Of a stretch of DNA of 40,732 nucleotides, positions 1-8,934 are shown piece by piece. The DNA is from a virus: UHGV virus genome UHGV-0045958, one strand, 5' to 3'. Made by a program: the position numbers and the translations under genes. The notes beneath the pieces were generated by a model that was not told the DNA's origin, made no database searches, and worked only from the letters and a program-made list of their open reading frames with translations. Position 1 is the stretch's first letter, and every line of letters begins with the position of its first letter.

Positions 1-49
1 TACAACACTTTTTTCCTGAGATGGTGACGGATATTCCATATGGTGTTTG

Positions 50-1168
50 TCAAATAACCAACTTAACCCATTCCTGACCTCGAGTATCGTTATAGCGATC
101 GGTGGTTGCCTGGACTTTATGTCCTAGTAATGTTTTTGTATCGATACCCTGTGCACGGTACAGCCGTTCTGATAGAGAGCGTTGTTCATGAAATGTTGGC
201 GGAGTTTTTCCTGCTGGTGGAATTATCCCAGCCAGATCCCGTGCTTTGGCAAAGTAGTCGCTCAGGTTGTCTTTACTCATCGGCTTCGGTTGTTTCTGGT
301 GCCGACTATGGATTAGATATGGACTTAATATTCTGTCTCGGCACCCATCAATAACTTCTTTTAACGTTATCCCAATGGCATCACAGCGTAGTGTAAGCGG
401 TAACGCCAGACGCATTCCGGTTTTTCCCTGGGTGATATGCAAGTGTTCGTTCCACACATCTGAAAAACGCATGTGGCAAATGTCATCACGGCGCTGACCA
501 GTAACAATCGCAAGAAGCATTGCGTTACGGATAAAGTGTTTTTCAGGCGTTGCATTGTAAATTTTTTGCCAGTCTTCCATGGTGAGCCTGGCTCTGGTTA
601 CTTTAGGGATCGGTTTACGGGTAGCCTCCGGAGGATTCCATCCAGGAGGAACTTCCCCTGCATGCTGTGCTTCTTTATAAATATCAACCCATAATCCACG
701 ATTTACTCTCGCTGTGCTGACCATGTCTTTATCCAGCCACTCATCCAGTATTAATGCAAAGTCTCTTACTTCCAGTTCTTTCAATGGGTGGTTTCCCAGA
801 CGGGAAACCAGGTATGCAGCCATTCGAGTTTTTTCTTTGTGAGTTGTAGCTGCAATATCTCCATTTTTCAGTCGCGTGTCCTGTATTTTCAGATATCGAT
901 CAACCCATGCCTTTAATCTGATACCCCGACGTTTTGTTGCTGACAGACTTTCATCAATTTTGCGCATGAAATATTCAGCTTCTGCTGCAGCTATTCGCTG
1001 ATTGGCTGTGGAAGCGATTTTTTCTGCCTTACCTTTGTCTGTTCCGAGTCCGTGAAATTTTCCAGTCACAGGATTTTTATACTGGTAGTAAACTCTGCCA
1101 GTTCTGCGATCAAACTTTTCGTAAAGACCGGCTACGTCAGTGCTGTTTTTTCGTGGCCTCGGTGACAT
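50..1168 (-). CDS. int: phage integrase (tyrosine recombinase)
   Basis: 372-aa ORF at the prophage left end; C-terminal region looks like a tyrosine recombinase catalytic domain (HxxR...Y context, ...LGHKVQATTDRYND); start overlaps the xis candidate upstream. Confidence 0.88.
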   Translation of the reverse strand: MSPRPRKNSTDVAGLYEKFDRRTGRVYYQYKNPVTGKFHGLGTDKGKAEKIASTANQRIAAAEAEYFMRKIDESLSATKRRGIRLKAWVDRYLKIQDTRLKNGDIAATTHKEKTRMAAYLVSRLGNHPLKELEVRDFALILDEWLDKDMVSTARVNRGLWVDIYKEAQHAGEVPPGWNPPEATRKPIPKVTRARLTMEDWQKIYNATPEKHFIRNAMLLAIVTGQRRDDICHMRFSDVWNEHLHITQGKTGMRLALPLTLRCDAIGITLKEVIDGCRDRILSPYLIHSRHQKQPKPMSKDNLSDYFAKARDLAGIIPPAGKTPPTFHEQRSLSERLYRAQGIDTKTLLGHKVQATTDRYNDTRGQEWVKLVI

Positions 1169-1406
1169 GAGTTAAAATCTCCTTCAGTGCATCATCATCG
1201 CCAGTATGAATTTCCGGCGCAATTCCCGTTTCACCAGGCCCAACAAATACTGCTCGGCGATCTATCAGCCAACGCCCACGAATTTTTTGTGGCCTTGGAA
1301 CGATGTATCCTAGTTTTCCGTATTTCACCAGGGTAGTGTTTGTTATTGGGAGACTGAACCGTTTTGGTTTCCACTCGTCGAGCGTTATCAGGTACTGTTC
1401 GCTCAT
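1137..1406 (-). CDS. xis: excisionase-like protein
   Basis: Small ORF directly upstream of and overlapping int, in the canonical xis position; ATG at 1406 has a GGAG about 9 nt upstream, and GTG at 1415 is an alternative start. Identity is by position and size only. Confidence 0.6.
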   Translation of the reverse strand: MSEQYLITLDEWKPKRFSLPITNTTLVKYGKLGYIVPRPQKIRGRWLIDRRAVFVGPGETGIAPEIHTGDDDALKEILTHVTEATKKQH

Positions 1407-1467
1407 GGCTATCACTCCGGAACGCGCCAGTTGCAGAATATCAACGACAACTGGCGACGGTTGAACA

Positions 1468-3909
1468 TTAAAAATCAGCCTGACTCGGGATCAGTTTTTG
1501 CCAGATAACTGAAACGTATTTTGCCTGGTAACGGGCGTCATCAAGTGCATTATGGCGCTCACCTTCGAATGGAATAGCCGTTCTGGCATCGAAGTCTATG
1601 GCTTTCCCCAGCTCAACGATTGTGCGTACATCGCGATCGTTGTAGTAACGCCACGGGCAGGGGATCCCCTGCCGTTCGTATGAACGGCGCAAAATCGTGT
1701 TGTCGAAGTTGGCTCCATTTCCCCAGACCTGAACAAAAAATTCACCGGAGTTTTCGTCGATAAATTCCCGCAATTGTAACAGTGCATCATCTAACGGGAT
1801 TTCATCGGTCATAATGGCAGATTGCGCTTCGCGTGATTGCTTAAGCCACCATTTAATGGTGTCCCGATCAATGACTCCGCCAGCAGTTTCCAGATCGATA
1901 GTCTTACTAAATTCCGGTCCCATATCTCCGGTTTGCGGATCGAAAAATATTGCACCTATTGAGATGATCGGGGCATCAGGATTTTTTCCCATGGTTTCAA
2001 GGTCGATCATTAGATGGTCACACGTCCTGCTGGTGGATGTGATTTCTTGATGACCGTTCACCTTAATTGAGTGATCTGCCGTCTCGCCAGTTTCATTATC
2101 GCTATCGTGATGCTGATTGCCGCCAGTGTTCTCCTTGTGTGGATGTTCAGCGCCTTCCATTTCCTCCGGATCATCTTCCTGAACTTCAACCTGATACTCT
2201 TCATCGAATGTTTCCTGGTATGTTGCGTCGCCCATCACCGCGCCACAATCAGGGCAGTTGCCGCCGCCGGTCTGACCGCAGGCGGTGCAGACTTTTTCCA
2301 CTTCCTGTTGCGCCACTGGTTCGGATTGTTTCGTTTCTGGCTCGTTTTGTAACGCATTTGGGCTGTTTTGTTCCGCTTTTTGGTCGTTCCGTTCCGATTC
2401 ATGCTGGTTCTGGTTCACAGAATCGCGAGTCTGGATCCCTTTGACCCATTTCGGATCATTAGGGTCGCTAATCCCCTCAACAAATTCACCACGCGATACA
2501 GCAAGTAACTTATCGGCGTCAGGCTGGCTGATATTGGCTGCCTGCATAATTTTGTTTACTTCGTCAGCGGTGACTTTTACTTGGTTAGCGGAACTCACCT
2601 GCGACTGAGCATCCAGCGACTGCGCGTTCTGGCCATGTTCAGTTGTATCCGGTTCCATTGTTTCAGTTGTTGCCTGTTCACCTGCCATTGCGTCAGATGG
2701 TTGTGGTTTTTCTTCTTCTGTTTCACGCTCAGTAACCACCTCGCGGTTAATTTCTTCCAGGATATCTTTTTCCGGCGTATGCCGGGCAGCTGTGAGAGTT
2801 TCCTTGCTGGGGTTCTCGTGATCAGTTTCCGTCAAATAGGCGTTGATATACCCCTGAAGGCGTCCCGGGTAGTGATAAAATTCAGGGTGTGCGCTTCGGA
2901 TAAGTGCAAAAATAGCGGCGCGGGAATAGTCCAGAATACCCGGGGTTGCACGAAGTGCTGCGGACCATTCTTTGAACGGACTTTCTTTGTTCAGGACTAC
3001 TTCTTTTGCGCGACGATAAACGCTGCCCGGAATTTCATAAATATTAAAATCCATCGGAAGTGTGGCTGCTGCAATCTCCACATCCAGTGTGTCGAGGGTG
3101 TGTACTAAATTCGGATTGCGATCGGTTTTGTTCCCACCGCCAGCATTAGCACCGGAAGCCGTGCGGGTGATGCGTGAAACACGATTTCCTTTCATCCACT
3201 CTTTTGTCAGCAGACCCCGATCAGTGTAGTCAGCGTCTAGGTATGCTTCGAAAAAAGCAGTTATTAGTCCCAGGTCTGAATTACCAGGATTAGGGAAAAC
3301 TTTGTCAGTGTCACGAACCAGTTTGTGGAGGTCGCGAATCTCCAGCGAGTCGAGCAGACTGGTTTTATGCGAAATAGCCAGGGCAGTAACAGCCGGTAGT
3401 TCTTCAGCCCGTGCAATGTGTAATGCCTGGAGTTCGTCGCGTGAAACGTGCGTTACTGGTTTTTCGCTGCCGTGTTGAGCAAGCCAACGAATGGGCAGTT
3501 CCTGACCGGAGACAGGCAGAAGCATGCTCTCCTCAATCTCAGTCATGGCTTCGCCGTTGATGTTGGTATTGTCAGTGCTGGCTGGTTTGTCCTGAACAGA
3601 GGGGGAAGGGCCGATAAATGTCATTGTGATGCCATCTTTCCCGCCTTTTTCATAGCGGTTGCAGAATTCAGTATCAAACACGCCTTCTGGCGGAAGGTCG
3701 TCAACAACGGGCAAATTGACGCGGACGGGTTTTTTAAAGTCGTCTTCATCATAATCGTTGTCATCCATTGCGGTAATGCAGCGGGAGATTGCAACAGATA
3801 ATTTTTTTGCTGTAGTCCAGTAAAAACCACCTTTAATTCCTAGGCGTTTTCTTACTTTGTCATTTTTTGCTTCGCAATATAGTGCAAATTCTTCTTTATC
3901 AGTGCTCAT
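1468..3909 (-). CDS. large exonuclease-family protein with C-terminal DnaQ-like (DEDDh) 3'-5' exonuclease domain
   Basis: 813-aa ORF; C-terminal ~180 aa carries DEDDh-type motifs ([11 protein letters not shown] ... [11 protein letters not shown]); central Glu/Gln/Ser-rich low-complexity linker with a CxxC-x9-CxxC zinc ribbon ([16 protein letters not shown]). Confidence 0.8.
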   Translation of the reverse strand: MSTDKEEFALYCEAKNDKVRKRLGIKGGFYWTTAKKLSVAISRCITAMDDNDYDEDDFKKPVRVNLPVVDDLPPEGVFDTEFCNRYEKGGKDGITMTFIGPSPSVQDKPASTDNTNINGEAMTEIEESMLLPVSGQELPIRWLAQHGSEKPVTHVSRDELQALHIARAEELPAVTALAISHKTSLLDSLEIRDLHKLVRDTDKVFPNPGNSDLGLITAFFEAYLDADYTDRGLLTKEWMKGNRVSRITRTASGANAGGGNKTDRNPNLVHTLDTLDVEIAAATLPMDFNIYEIPGSVYRRAKEVVLNKESPFKEWSAALRATPGILDYSRAAIFALIRSAHPEFYHYPGRLQGYINAYLTETDHENPSKETLTAARHTPEKDILEEINREVVTERETEEEKPQPSDAMAGEQATTETMEPDTTEHGQNAQSLDAQSQVSSANQVKVTADEVNKIMQAANISQPDADKLLAVSRGEFVEGISDPNDPKWVKGIQTRDSVNQNQHESERNDQKAEQNSPNALQNEPETKQSEPVAQQEVEKVCTACGQTGGGNCPDCGAVMGDATYQETFDEEYQVEVQEDDPEEMEGAEHPHKENTGGNQHHDSDNETGETADHSIKVNGHQEITSTSRTCDHLMIDLETMGKNPDAPIISIGAIFFDPQTGDMGPEFSKTIDLETAGGVIDRDTIKWWLKQSREAQSAIMTDEIPLDDALLQLREFIDENSGEFFVQVWGNGANFDNTILRRSYERQGIPCPWRYYNDRDVRTIVELGKAIDFDARTAIPFEGERHNALDDARYQAKYVSVIWQKLIPSQADF

Positions 3910-4002
3910 TATTGGTAAACCTCATCACAGATTTAAGGGTGAACAAATCTCTGCCATTGCTGACATATAAGAATGAAACTGGATATTTATTACGGTGCTG
4001 TT

Positions 4003-4194
4003 TTAAAATCCTGCCGGGATTTCGTTATTATCCTGGTGAATAACTTTATCGACCGGATAACAGTTGCCTGGAATTTTCTGTTCGGTTGCTGCTGCCATAC
4101 ATTCCTGCATTGTTCTGTGAACACTGACTGCAATATCAACTGGCTCTCCGGAAACAAGAAAAACCGTCAGAATAAGTGCAAATACTGGATTCAT
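4003..4194 (-). CDS. ydfD: YdfD-like small membrane (lysis) protein
   Basis: 63-aa product from the internal Met (MNPVFALILTVFLVSGEPVD...) with a hydrophobic N-terminus; its start overlaps the dicB stop (ATGA), as in the Qin dicB-ydfD arrangement. Confidence 0.6.
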   Translation of the reverse strand: MNPVFALILTVFLVSGEPVDIAVSVHRTMQECMAAATEQKIPGNCYPVDKVIHQDNNEIPAGF

Positions 4195-4379
4195 TGTGCA
4201 CATCCTTTTGGCATCAGACGTAAACGGGCCAGCATTGAAACAATGCATACTTTATTTAATAACTCCCGTTCGTGTTTTCTTTTGTTAATGGCATCTTCAG
4301 TAAATACAGGATTACTGATAGTGACACCAATTTCAAAACAACCTTCAGACGTATTAACGTTTGGTAATAACGTTTTCAT
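4191..4379 (-). CDS. dicB: DicB-like cell division inhibitor
   Basis: 62-aa product MKTLLPNVNTSEGCFEIGVTISNPVFTEDAINKRKHERELLNKVCIVSMLARLRLMPKGCAQ closely matches recalled Qin DicB; start taken at the internal Met of the 97-aa track ORF. Confidence 0.8.
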   Translation of the reverse strand: MKTLLPNVNTSEGCFEIGVTISNPVFTEDAINKRKHERELLNKVCIVSMLARLRLMPKGCAQ

Positions 4380-4548
4380 TATCGCGCCCTCAACAATGAG
4401 TTTTGTGATGCGGTGCCTGGTGCCTCCAGGTGACGTTAACCAGTTAACAATTAACGCCGGATACAGAGAATCCACCCATAACACTGTTTTTGGTTTTAAC
4501 TGTTCCGCGTGCGCTTAGCCGCATTCACCGCATCACAAAATTCACTTT

Positions 4549-4606
4549 AAAAAGGGCGGCAGAGCAGTCACGGAGTAAAACTGATACCGCCAAACGTCAC
4601 CAGAAA
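4549..4606 (-). ncRNA. dicF: DicF small RNA (ftsZ-targeting sRNA) with intrinsic terminator
   Basis: Minus-strand sequence 5'-TTTCTGGTGACGTTTGGCGGTATCAGTTTTACTCCGTGACTGCTCTGCCGCCCTTTTT-3' matches the recalled DicF sequence, ends in a GC stem plus U-tract, and lies immediately upstream of dicB. Confidence 0.8.
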
Positions 4607-4947
4607 ATTGATAACAGAGGGCGTTGCAGTGGGGTTGTCACTTAAGCGTATGGTCAACCTGACAACCCGGTGTCCTCAACGGGGGAAGGAATAACCCCGC
4701 CATACTTACCGCCGCGCCATTTCGCGGATTGCCACAACCGGAAGCGCACGGTCGACGAAAATTTAACGACAGGCTATCTATGAACCAGCTACCTCGCCGT
4801 GCGCTTTCGCGTTATGGTCTGACTTTTCAGGGAAATATCCTTTCAGTAAACTGTCAGTGCCGGATGCTCACCCGTGTCCGGCGCACGCACTCCACCTCAC
4901 CCGTGGAGAACTCCTTAATTACCAACCTTAGCTTCGTTGGTTATCTA

Positions 4948-5166
4948 TTAACGCGGGTATGTAATCATTCTGGCAATGCTTAATGCCGCTGCTTTTTCCA
5001 GCCTGGTGATATCCTGCTCCAGAGCGGACAGATTTTCAGCCTGCTTAGCCCTGGCTTCATTGGCCCATTTCAAATCCTGCGCTGCATTAATTTTCTGGCG
5101 CATCCACTCATAAAGTTCATCATCGGTATAGTCTGGCGCGATGATGACGGGTTCTCGTTTCTGCAT
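4948..5166 (-). CDS. YdfC-like hypothetical protein
   Basis: 72-aa ORF with a strong RBS (AAGGAG about 6 nt upstream of ATG at 5166), in the position of Qin ydfC upstream of dicF. Confidence 0.55.
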   Translation of the reverse strand: MQKREPVIIAPDYTDDELYEWMRQKINAAQDLKWANEARAKQAENLSALEQDITRLEKAAALSIARMITYPR

Positions 5167-5258
5167 GTCGGCTCCTTGTGGTTAGCGTTGCCTGCTTTTA
5201 ACCACGTCAGGCGAGGTGGTATCCTCTGAGGGGTCTGTTACTCGAGAGGAAATTGGTT

Positions 5259-5459
5259 ATGAATACAATCAAGTTTTCTTGCCCAGAATGTGGTGGCGAA
5301 GTCTTTGACACATCCTTTAAACCGCAGGGCTCTGACAGTTTCGCGGGAGCCATCTGCAAAAATTGTGGTCACCTTGTAACTGAAGATGAGTCCTCGCAGT
5401 TTGATGACGAAATCGTTGACAATATCTTCGGTGCACTCACCAGAGACTTTCTGAAGTAA
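5259..5459 (+). CDS. small zinc-ribbon protein (hypothetical)
   Basis: 66 aa with paired CPECGG ... CKNCGH motifs and an acidic C-terminus; GAGAGGA RBS about 9 nt upstream of ATG 5259. It lies antisense to an overlapping 118-aa minus-strand ORF (5238..5594), so the strand assignment is uncertain. Confidence 0.35.
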   Translation: MNTIKFSCPECGGEVFDTSFKPQGSDSFAGAICKNCGHLVTEDESSQFDDEIVDNIFGALTRDFLK

Positions 5460-5890
5460 AGGCGCATACCGCTTAGTTACCGCTCTGATAATTCTTACCT
5501 GTCCGGCAATGGCGCTGATATCAATATAAAGCGCCATCGCTGTTTCTTTGCTGATCCCTGGACGCCTTCCATTCTGATGTTTGACTTCGCCCACTGAGAA
5601 ATCCTCTGTTTCCCCTTAACGCCGGGGTAGCGGAACAAAAACCTGCTGCATAGTTATTAAAGTTGAACCCTGCCGTCATGTTCTTACGCCTCGGGCTGGC
5701 TACTTAACCCCTGACCACTGCCTGGTAACTCGAAGTATTGCCCTGCATTCTGTAGGATGGGGTGAGGGAATGAATGAAGTTTAGAAAAACGAACTTTTCA
5801 GGTCAATGTTTTTTTATCAAAACATTTTAAGCAGGCAGCTGTTAAGCCATCACCACGATGGCATACAGTTAATCAAATAGATGAGGTTGG

Positions 5891-6529
5891 TTAAATATCT
5901 TGTTGAATTTTAAAGCATACGCCCAATATGCAAGATAGATCATCCAGCATAATTGAAGGGTAGCGAGGATTCGTGGGGACTAAAAGAATATCCGGCCCTT
6001 CTATCTCCAGTTTACGAATGACAGGTGTTGTGGTCCCTTTGGGTAAGGCAAGGACAATATTTCCTGGTTGTACGGTTCGATCGGGATCAACAAAAACTGT
6101 TGAACCATTTGGGATGGAAACTCCCCCACCAGATGTTGACATACTGTCACTCTCTAGAACAACTGCAAAGGTATTGACCGGGATTTCTCCGACAAGCTGC
6201 ACACAAGAGGTTATTGAGGAATTTTTCATATAATCACTCCAGCTTGCTGCCTGCTGAAGTGATAGTAGCGGAACCGTTTTTATCGGCGGTAAAGATAGAT
6301 CAAGCGAATCACCTGTATTTAACTCTCCTCCATTAAGAAGCCAATTTTCGTTTACTTTCAATATTTTTGCCAGTGAACTTATGTAACGCGAGGACGGCGC
6401 TCCTCCACCGTTCATCCATTGACTTACGGAGCCTTTTGATGCGCCAGTGCCATTGACAAGGTCTTTGCCTTTCAGGTTTAGCGCATGCATACGTTGGGTT
6501 ATGCGTTCAGATATAGTTTGCTTGCTCAT
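5891..6529 (-). CDS. cI: CI-like repressor (HTH XRE domain + S24 LexA-like peptidase domain)
   Basis: 212 aa; N-terminal HTH and C-terminal S24-like autocleavage domain architecture; divergent from the cro-like gene across a 91-bp intergenic region. Confidence 0.85.
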   Translation of the reverse strand: MSKQTISERITQRMHALNLKGKDLVNGTGASKGSVSQWMNGGGAPSSRYISSLAKILKVNENWLLNGGELNTGDSLDLSLPPIKTVPLLSLQQAASWSDYMKNSSITSCVQLVGEIPVNTFAVVLESDSMSTSGGGVSIPNGSTVFVDPDRTVQPGNIVLALPKGTTTPVIRKLEIEGPDILLVPTNPRYPSIMLDDLSCILGVCFKIQQDI

Positions 6530-6620
6530 GTTTTGATTTTAAAACACAGATGGTTTTGTTTCTTGACTTTCTTTGGTTTTGATTATTAAACTTTTGACGT
6601 TCAGTTTTATGGAGCGACTC
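6530..6620. promoter_or_regulatory. divergent immunity-region promoter/operator region (candidate pRM/pR with repeated TTTTGA(T/C) motifs)
   Basis: 91-bp AT-rich spacer between the cI and cro-like starts; TTGACT -35-like hexamer at 6563-6568; about four spaced copies of GTTTTGAT-like motifs that could be operators. Confidence 0.45.
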
Positions 6621-6863
6621 ATGAAAAAATCAGAAGTATTAGGCTATTTTGGCGGAGTTGTTAAAACAGCCGCAGCTCTAGGAACGTCAAAAACCACAGT
6701 CAGCATGTGGGGGGAAGAGGTTCCGTGGAAATGGGCGTTGCTAATTCAGGCAGTCACTGCCGGGGCGCTCAAATATGAGTTACACATACCGACGGTTGTC
6801 ATTCCCGGTTCTGATCATAATCCGCCTTCTAACCAAGGGGGGATTCATGAAAATCAAGCATGA
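6621..6863 (+). CDS. Cro/YdaS-like HTH regulator
   Basis: ATG 6621 preceded by GGAG; product MKKSEVLGYFGGVVKTAAALGTSKTTVSMWGEEV... is HTH-like and sits divergent to the repressor. Confidence 0.7.
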   Translation: MKKSEVLGYFGGVVKTAAALGTSKTTVSMWGEEVPWKWALLIQAVTAGALKYELHIPTVVIPGSDHNPPSNQGGIHENQA

Positions 6864-7272
6864 ACACATCCGCATGGCGATGAATGCCTGGGCGCATCCG
6901 GACGGCGAAAAAGTACCGGCTGCGAAAATTACCAAAGCGTATTTCGAGCTGGGAATGACGTTCCCGGAACTGTATGACGACAGCCATCCGGAAGCCCTGG
7001 CTCGCAATACCCAGAAAATTTTCCGCTGGGTGGAGAAAGACACCCCTGATGCAGTTGAAAAAATTCAGGCGTTGTTACCAGCGATCGAAAAGGCAATGCC
7101 ACCTTTGCTGGTGGCCAGAATGCGCAGCCACAGTTCAGCTTATTTTCGGGAGTTGGTGGAGACGCGGGAGCGACTGGTGAGAGACGCTGATGATTTTGTC
7201 GCAGTGGCAATCGCCGGTTTCAATCAGATGAACCGTGGTGGCCCGGCAGGAAATGCTGTGGCAGTACATTGA
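6847..7272 (+). CDS. YdaT-like protein (CII-position gene)
   Basis: Starts MKIKHEHI..., as recalled for Rac YdaT; G-rich RBS (AAGGGGGG) upstream of ATG 6847; overlaps the end of the cro-like gene. Confidence 0.7.
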   Translation: MKIKHEHIRMAMNAWAHPDGEKVPAAKITKAYFELGMTFPELYDDSHPEALARNTQKIFRWVEKDTPDAVEKIQALLPAIEKAMPPLLVARMRSHSSAYFRELVETRERLVRDADDFVAVAIAGFNQMNRGGPAGNAVAVH

Positions 7273-7343
7273 CTGACAATAGTCATATCGAATCGCTTCC
7301 GGCAACTCGTGAGTAAAAAGATTCGGTATCAGAAGAGGTGAGT

Positions 7344-8414
7344 ATGGCTAACGCCTGGCTCAGATTATGGCATGACATGCCAAATGACCCTAAGTGGCGA
7401 ACAATTGCCAGGGTGTCAGGGCAGCCAATTGCAACAGTGATGGCAGTGTATATCCACCTCCTGGTGAGCGCGTCACGAAATGTCACGCGAGGTCACATTG
7501 ATGTCACGACAGAAGATTTGGCAAGTGCGCTCGACGTGACAGAAGAGGTAATTGATTCAATTTTGCAGACGATGCAGGGGCGGGTACTTGATGGTGATTT
7601 AATCACTGGATGGGAAAAACGCCAGGTGCTGAAAGAGGACAACGGCAATATTTCGCAAACCGCAAAATCTCCGGCAGAGCGCAAGAGGGCGCAGCGAGAG
7701 AGGGAAAGAAAGCGGGAACAAAATGGCGATTGTCACGGCGAGTCACGAAATGTCACGCACATGTCACGACGAGTCACGACAGATAAAGATACAGATAAAG
7801 ATACAGATCAAGAAGATCAAAACACTATGGTCCATGGCGTAAAAAACGCCACGAACCAGGCAGGGGATGTTCAGACCGTCACTCCTGGCCAGCCCGCAGG
7901 CACGACACCGGAAGCCGATTCAGCGTATGCGCTGAAAGCCGATTCGGGCGCTGTGCAGCAGGTGATGACCGCAAGGCAGGAGCAATCACACCAACTTCAG
8001 CAGCCTGAAGCCGATTCCGCCATTCAGCGGGAAGCCGATCGGGTAGTCCCGGAAAACACCGGGCAGCCTGTGGGACGAGTGGATTATCCTGATGTGTTCG
8101 AACAGGTCTGGCGGGAATACCCGTTGCGTGCCGGGGCAAACCCGAAGAAATCCGCTTTCAGTGCCTGGAAAGCCAGATTACGCGAGGGGGTGCCACCAGA
8201 GGCCATGCTGGATGGCGTGAGGCGTTACGCAAGATACCTTGCGGCTACCGGGAAAACGGGAACGGAATTTGTTCAGCGAGCGACGACGTTTTTTGGACCG
8301 GACCGGAATTTTGAAAACCCCTGGCTGCTCCCGGTAAGCGGCACGAACAACCAGCGTTGTGTGAATCATATTTCTGAACCGGATAACGAAATTCCGCCGG
8401 GCTTCAGGGGGTAA
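7344..8414 (+). CDS. replication initiation protein, O-like
   Basis: O-like N-terminus (WLRLWHDMPNDPKWRTIARVSGQ); the coding sequence carries GTCACG iteron arrays followed by an AT-rich tract, as lambda ori lies inside O. Start taken at ATG 7344 (track start GTG 7338). Confidence 0.8.
   Translation: MANAWLRLWHDMPNDPKWRTIARVSGQPIATVMAVYIHLLVSASRNVTRGHIDVTTEDLASALDVTEEVIDSILQTMQGRVLDGDLITGWEKRQVLKEDNGNISQTAKSPAERKRAQRERERKREQNGDCHGESRNVTHMSRRVTTDKDTDKDTDQEDQNTMVHGVKNATNQAGDVQTVTPGQPAGTTPEADSAYALKADSGAVQQVMTARQEQSHQLQQPEADSAIQREADRVVPENTGQPVGRVDYPDVFEQVWREYPLRAGANPKKSAFSAWKARLREGVPPEAMLDGVRRYARYLAATGKTGTEFVQRATTFFGPDRNFENPWLLPVSGTNNQRCVNHISEPDNEIPPGFRG
7471..7512. repeat. iteron cluster 1 (four GTCAC(G/A) repeats at about 10-bp phasing)
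   Basis: cGTCACGaaatGTCACGcgagGTCACAttgatGTCACGac read directly from the sequence. Confidence 0.55.
7731..7830. repeat. candidate origin of replication: five GTCACG iterons at 10-bp spacing plus AT-rich repeats
   Basis: tGTCACGgcgaGTCACGaaatGTCACGcacatGTCACGacgaGTCACGacag followed by gataaagatacagataaagatacagatcaagaagatcaaaac (GATAAAGATACA x2). Confidence 0.6.
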
Positions 8415-8454
8415 GTGTTAATTTCTGGTCATGAGGTAATTTTCAGGAGGGCTT

Positions 8455-8877
8455 GTGGCAAAAGTTTTTACACAAGAAGAGCGGGAAAAAATTAAAGGAC
8501 AGGTTCTTGAACTCGTACGCCAGAGTGGGCGCGAGACGTTACGACAACTGGAAGCTAAAACTGGGGCAACAAGATATCTGATGAGCGTTCTGGCCAGAGA
8601 GCTGGTTGCCAGTGGCGATGTATACAATTCTGGCTACGGGTTATTCCCGTCTGAACAGGCTCGTAAAGACTGGCAAAATGCCCGCAAAAAATTATCGAGG
8701 GCAAAGCTGAAGAAACCGGTTGTGGTTGATCCGGACCTTATCTGGTCGTTACCTGACGGAGAAATACGTCGCTACGACAGTCGCCTAAACATAATCTGTC
8801 GCGAGTGCCGGAAGAGTGAAGCTATGCAGCGTGTACTGGCTTTCTATCAGGGTAATTTTCAGGAGGCGGTACTGTGA
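8455..8877 (+). CDS. hypothetical protein (possible wHTH regulator or replication accessory)
   Basis: 140-aa ORF with GTG start and AGGAGG 4 nt upstream; basic, helix-rich; no family recognised. Confidence 0.5.
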   Translation: MAKVFTQEEREKIKGQVLELVRQSGRETLRQLEAKTGATRYLMSVLARELVASGDVYNSGYGLFPSEQARKDWQNARKKLSRAKLKKPVVVDPDLIWSLPDGEIRRYDSRLNIICRECRKSEAMQRVLAFYQGNFQEAVL

Positions 8878-8934
8878 GTGAAATTAGCTATCAGGCTTCA
8901 ATTACCGCTGGCATTCGCATCAAAGGAGAGGAGC

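Noticed and set aside
2067-3108. Several plus-strand ORFs (2067..2444, 2071..2352, 2285..2608, 2581..3108)
   Set aside because: All lie inside and antisense to the 813-aa exonuclease gene.
3973-4518. 181-aa plus-strand ORF
   Set aside because: Antisense to the dicB/ydfD pair, which match recalled Qin proteins on the minus strand.
4729-4983. 84-aa plus-strand ORF
   Set aside because: Lies in the dicF precursor/leader region on the opposite strand, with no RBS and a low-complexity product.
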